DNA of 64,000 bases. Source: Marsupella aquatica (Eukaryota > Plantae > Marchantiophyta). Below, piece after piece: positions 61,314 to 64,000 of the stretch. The notes below the pieces were generated by a model. The model ran no database searches. It was not told the DNA's origin and saw only the letters and a list, made by a program, of their open reading frames with translations. The stretch is taken from NCBI GenBank assembly GCA_973895155.1, contig OZ316893.1:17428770-17492769 (forward strand), given 5' to 3'. Position 1 is the first letter of the stretch. Each line of letters opens with the position of its first letter. The translations under genes were made by a program, and so were the position numbers.

Positions 61314-62955
61314 TGTGGTGCGTCCCATGGCGCCCCAAACCCAAGAAACCCGCCCGCACAAGCCGATTCCCGCAGGTTTCGTCCTTGACGAGGCCGTTTC
61401 CGCGGCTTAGCGGCATGAGATGCTGCTAATCTCCTCTACTACTACTATTAACATTTTACACACATATACTGGACAGATCCTTCATCGGGTCATGAGATAC
61501 TTAGCCGGCCTATTCTAGGCCCTCCCTTGTATTCCTCTCCTGGTCTTCCATTAGGTATGTTTGAATTCCGCCGCCGGAATGATCCCCAATTGGCTTGGTT
61601 AAGCCGCTAAGACCTCTCTCAGCTCGACACATCCATCTCTCACTCCCTTGCTACTTCCCTTCATTGATGTGGGCACTCTTCACACAAGTTAATGCGACAC
61701 ACAAATAGCAAAATGACTCCTTCTGACTAAGTTATACCATGCACTTGCCATACAAACAGTACATCTCATACACAAGCTCTGCGAACTAAGCCGTGAGGCC
61801 AACTCTATTCAGTTCTTAGGCATGAGGAAACATGAATATACACAAGGGTCACTGTATAACTAACCAAGAGCTTCTCTTACTACTTGATCCCAGCCCTGCT
61901 GGTGCAACTAAAAACTTGCTAAAGAAGAGGCCCTGAACTCCCCGCAGCCCAGGTATTTATCCTGGTTGTGGATCCGCCTGATTCCTTGCAGCATAAGCCT
62001 AATCCACTTACTATAATCTACCTAACTGTAATCTACCTATGTAGGGTCGCCGCCCAGCCTTTCCAGGTGTCATCATTTGTTGGAATGGCATTGATGGGAT
62101 CGACCTCCTCCTCTTCGGCTTCTCCCTGCCTCCTGTTCTGCTGCTCTGCTGGTTTCCTTGGTGCCACCGACCTTGTTCTTTTTGCCGGGGTGGCCTCTTT
62201 GTTGTTGTTTCCTTTCCTCTTCATCTCGGCTGCCGTGGATGTTTCTCCTAGCACAGTTGCCTTTGTCCACCCTTCCGTGCTACCCTTCAACTCCCAGTGC
62301 GCGTCGTTGCAGCGGTTGATGGCTTCCCGAATGCCGACGATTCTATCTTCGCAAAATAGAAGGTCATCAAGCTGATTGGCAGTAGGAGTCCACAAGAACT
62401 CGGCCTTGATGAGTTCTCCTCCTAAGAAGGCAGACCTCTGCAGCTCCCACAGTCGAGCGAGCTCCTGCCATTCTCAAGCTGCTCTCTCCAATTCTTCATC
62501 CTCGTAAGTCCCAATGTACTCAGTTGCCTGTTCAAATAGACATCCCCAAAAATGTGTCGCTTGATTGACGTTGCTCATACCCTCCTTGACTCGATCATTG
62601 GTATCTGTTCCCACCCAGAGTGCTTGCCTAAGCAGCTGACAGTATTTGGCCTCCCGTAGTCATCTGCCCAACTCGTGCTTGCAAATGAGCCACTATTCCT
62701 CGCGAGCGGTCCTTACCCCTCTCCTCCTCTGGTCTTCCCTCCCGTTGGTCACCCCTAGCCACCAACGCTTAGCGCGCCCTAACCCTAATCGTGTTCTCTC
62801 CCCCGACGTCCTTACTTCCAGCCTCGGCCCGGGTTCCATAGTCACCCCTAATTGTTTATATTTTCCTTGTCTTGTTACTATACTAAGGTGTTTCCAGGGT
62901 ACACTCCTGCTTTTACCATGTAAACCGGCCTAGTGATTCTTGGCTAGGCATCACA
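61314..62955 (-). mobile_element. Internally deleted solo LTR of family 2 (1642 bp)
   Basis: TG...CA termini; TSD TAACC (61309-13, 62956-60); reverse-complement match to both ends of 39680-44351 with a deletion junction near 62043. Confidence 0.9.
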
Positions 62956-63099
62956 TAACCTATGCATGACTTGCTCCTCATGTGACTCCTCCACTGCTTG
63001 AACATCTGCCCTCCATCAAATCAATAGGATCAGTGATTACACCACTAAATGCTGCCAAAGGCAATGGTGTAGATTTAGGGCCTTCCATAGGTCCACTAA

Positions 63100-63450
63100 A
63101 TTGCACTGGCAATCTGCTCAATCTAGCATCTCCTGATTGCTAATCAAGTCAGTCTGAAATTGATTCATCCAAAAAATCAAGAATAAATCCCATGGGGTAC
63201 AACACTGTACATCCCACCAACACATCATAGGACTCTGCCTTAGTCAAAATAGCTTGCGTCTGTATGTGAGAGCTATCCTTTGCATGACCCTCCTGAATCC
63301 GCAAGTCAAGTGGTCGTCTGGTGATGTGCTATGTGGGTGTAGGTCCCCCCAATTGGAAAGGGACACTCCTCCAGATCATCTGGATGCAATCCCAATCCTC
63401 GTATTGTAGACTTACCCCAACATCAAGGGCTGGGCACCAGTATCCAATAT
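63100..63450 (-). pseudogene. Aspartic protease of copy B
   Basis: VILDTGAQPLMLG...AESYDVLVGCTVLYPMGF. Confidence 0.85.
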
Positions 63451-64000
63451 CACTCTCTCTAGCTGGTATACTGCTCTAGTAGGCCCAACTGATTGTAAGA
63501 TACCACTCCGATTATCCAATGACACAATGCTAGGTTTAAATCTAGTCCTCTCAAATGTAGGGCGTGCTAGCAAATCCATCAAATTTGTTGCTGCATCATG
63601 CCATGTCTCACTAGTAGCAATAGGTGGTGTCAACTCTGCTACTATATAACTACATGCTGCCTCTACATGAGAAGCCAAAACTGGAGTATCCTTGCATGAT
63701 GTGGCTGCCAATCTAAACACATCAACTGGACTAACCCCCAATGTCAGCATATTTGTCACTGAAAATAATGGGGTGCGCACTATGGTGGTAGCCGCCCCCA
63801 ACAAGGTACCCGTCATCCCTATTGCAATATCATGTGATTCAACCAACCTACTCACACCTTGGTTTGTCCAAATCGGGTTCATAGAGGCAGTCTAAACTGT
63901 CTCTAATAATGTAAAAGACTGAGAAGCTTGGTCCGACAACGTCCATCCCCCCTTTGTGGATCTAGCTCCACTACTGCTCCTTCGAGATGAAGAGCTTTGG

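Larger units (their letters stand above)
46420..64000 (-). mobile_element. DNMT3/PHD-encoding Gypsy LTR retrotransposon, copy B (5' end beyond the window), inserted into copy A
   Basis: 3' LTR 46420-47019, PPT 47020-47029, PHD, INT zinc finger, RH, RT, DNMT, protease 63100-63450; copy A sequence left of 46420 matches copy B near 63670-63718. Confidence 0.9.

Overview
Eukaryotic, land-plant-type DNA; a bryophyte or other non-seed plant host is my inference only. The first ~6.3 kb hold an intact 3-exon phospholipase D alpha gene (2322-6258, 811 aa). From ~7.95 kb to the end is one nest of degenerate transposons, many with readable target-site duplications (TSDs). The scaffold is two same-orientation (minus-strand) copies of a Gypsy/Ty3 LTR retrotransposon: copy A (7949-46419, remainder outside the window) and copy B (46420 to beyond 64000), which inserted into A. 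Once nested insertions are removed, both read protease - DNMT3-like C5 cytosine methyltransferase (motifs I, IV PC, VI EN, VIII, IX, X in canonical order) - RT - RNase H - integrase - PHD finger. Nested inside are: (1) a 29.4-kb CACTA element (15649-45079, TSD ACA) with a TnpD transposase, a TnpA-like gene and a SET-domain gene, plus two Mutator-like MITEs; (2) a truncated Bianca-like Copia; (3) an integrase-deleted Gypsy with paired LTRs; (4) several giant (4-4.7 kb) solo LTRs that carry a long ORF with a plant-mobile-domain-like region and a coiled coil. The main candidate novel system is the DNMT3+PHD-bearing Gypsy family, followed by the SET-bearing CACTA and the protein-coding giant LTRs. 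All homology calls are by-eye motif recognition; no database searches were run.
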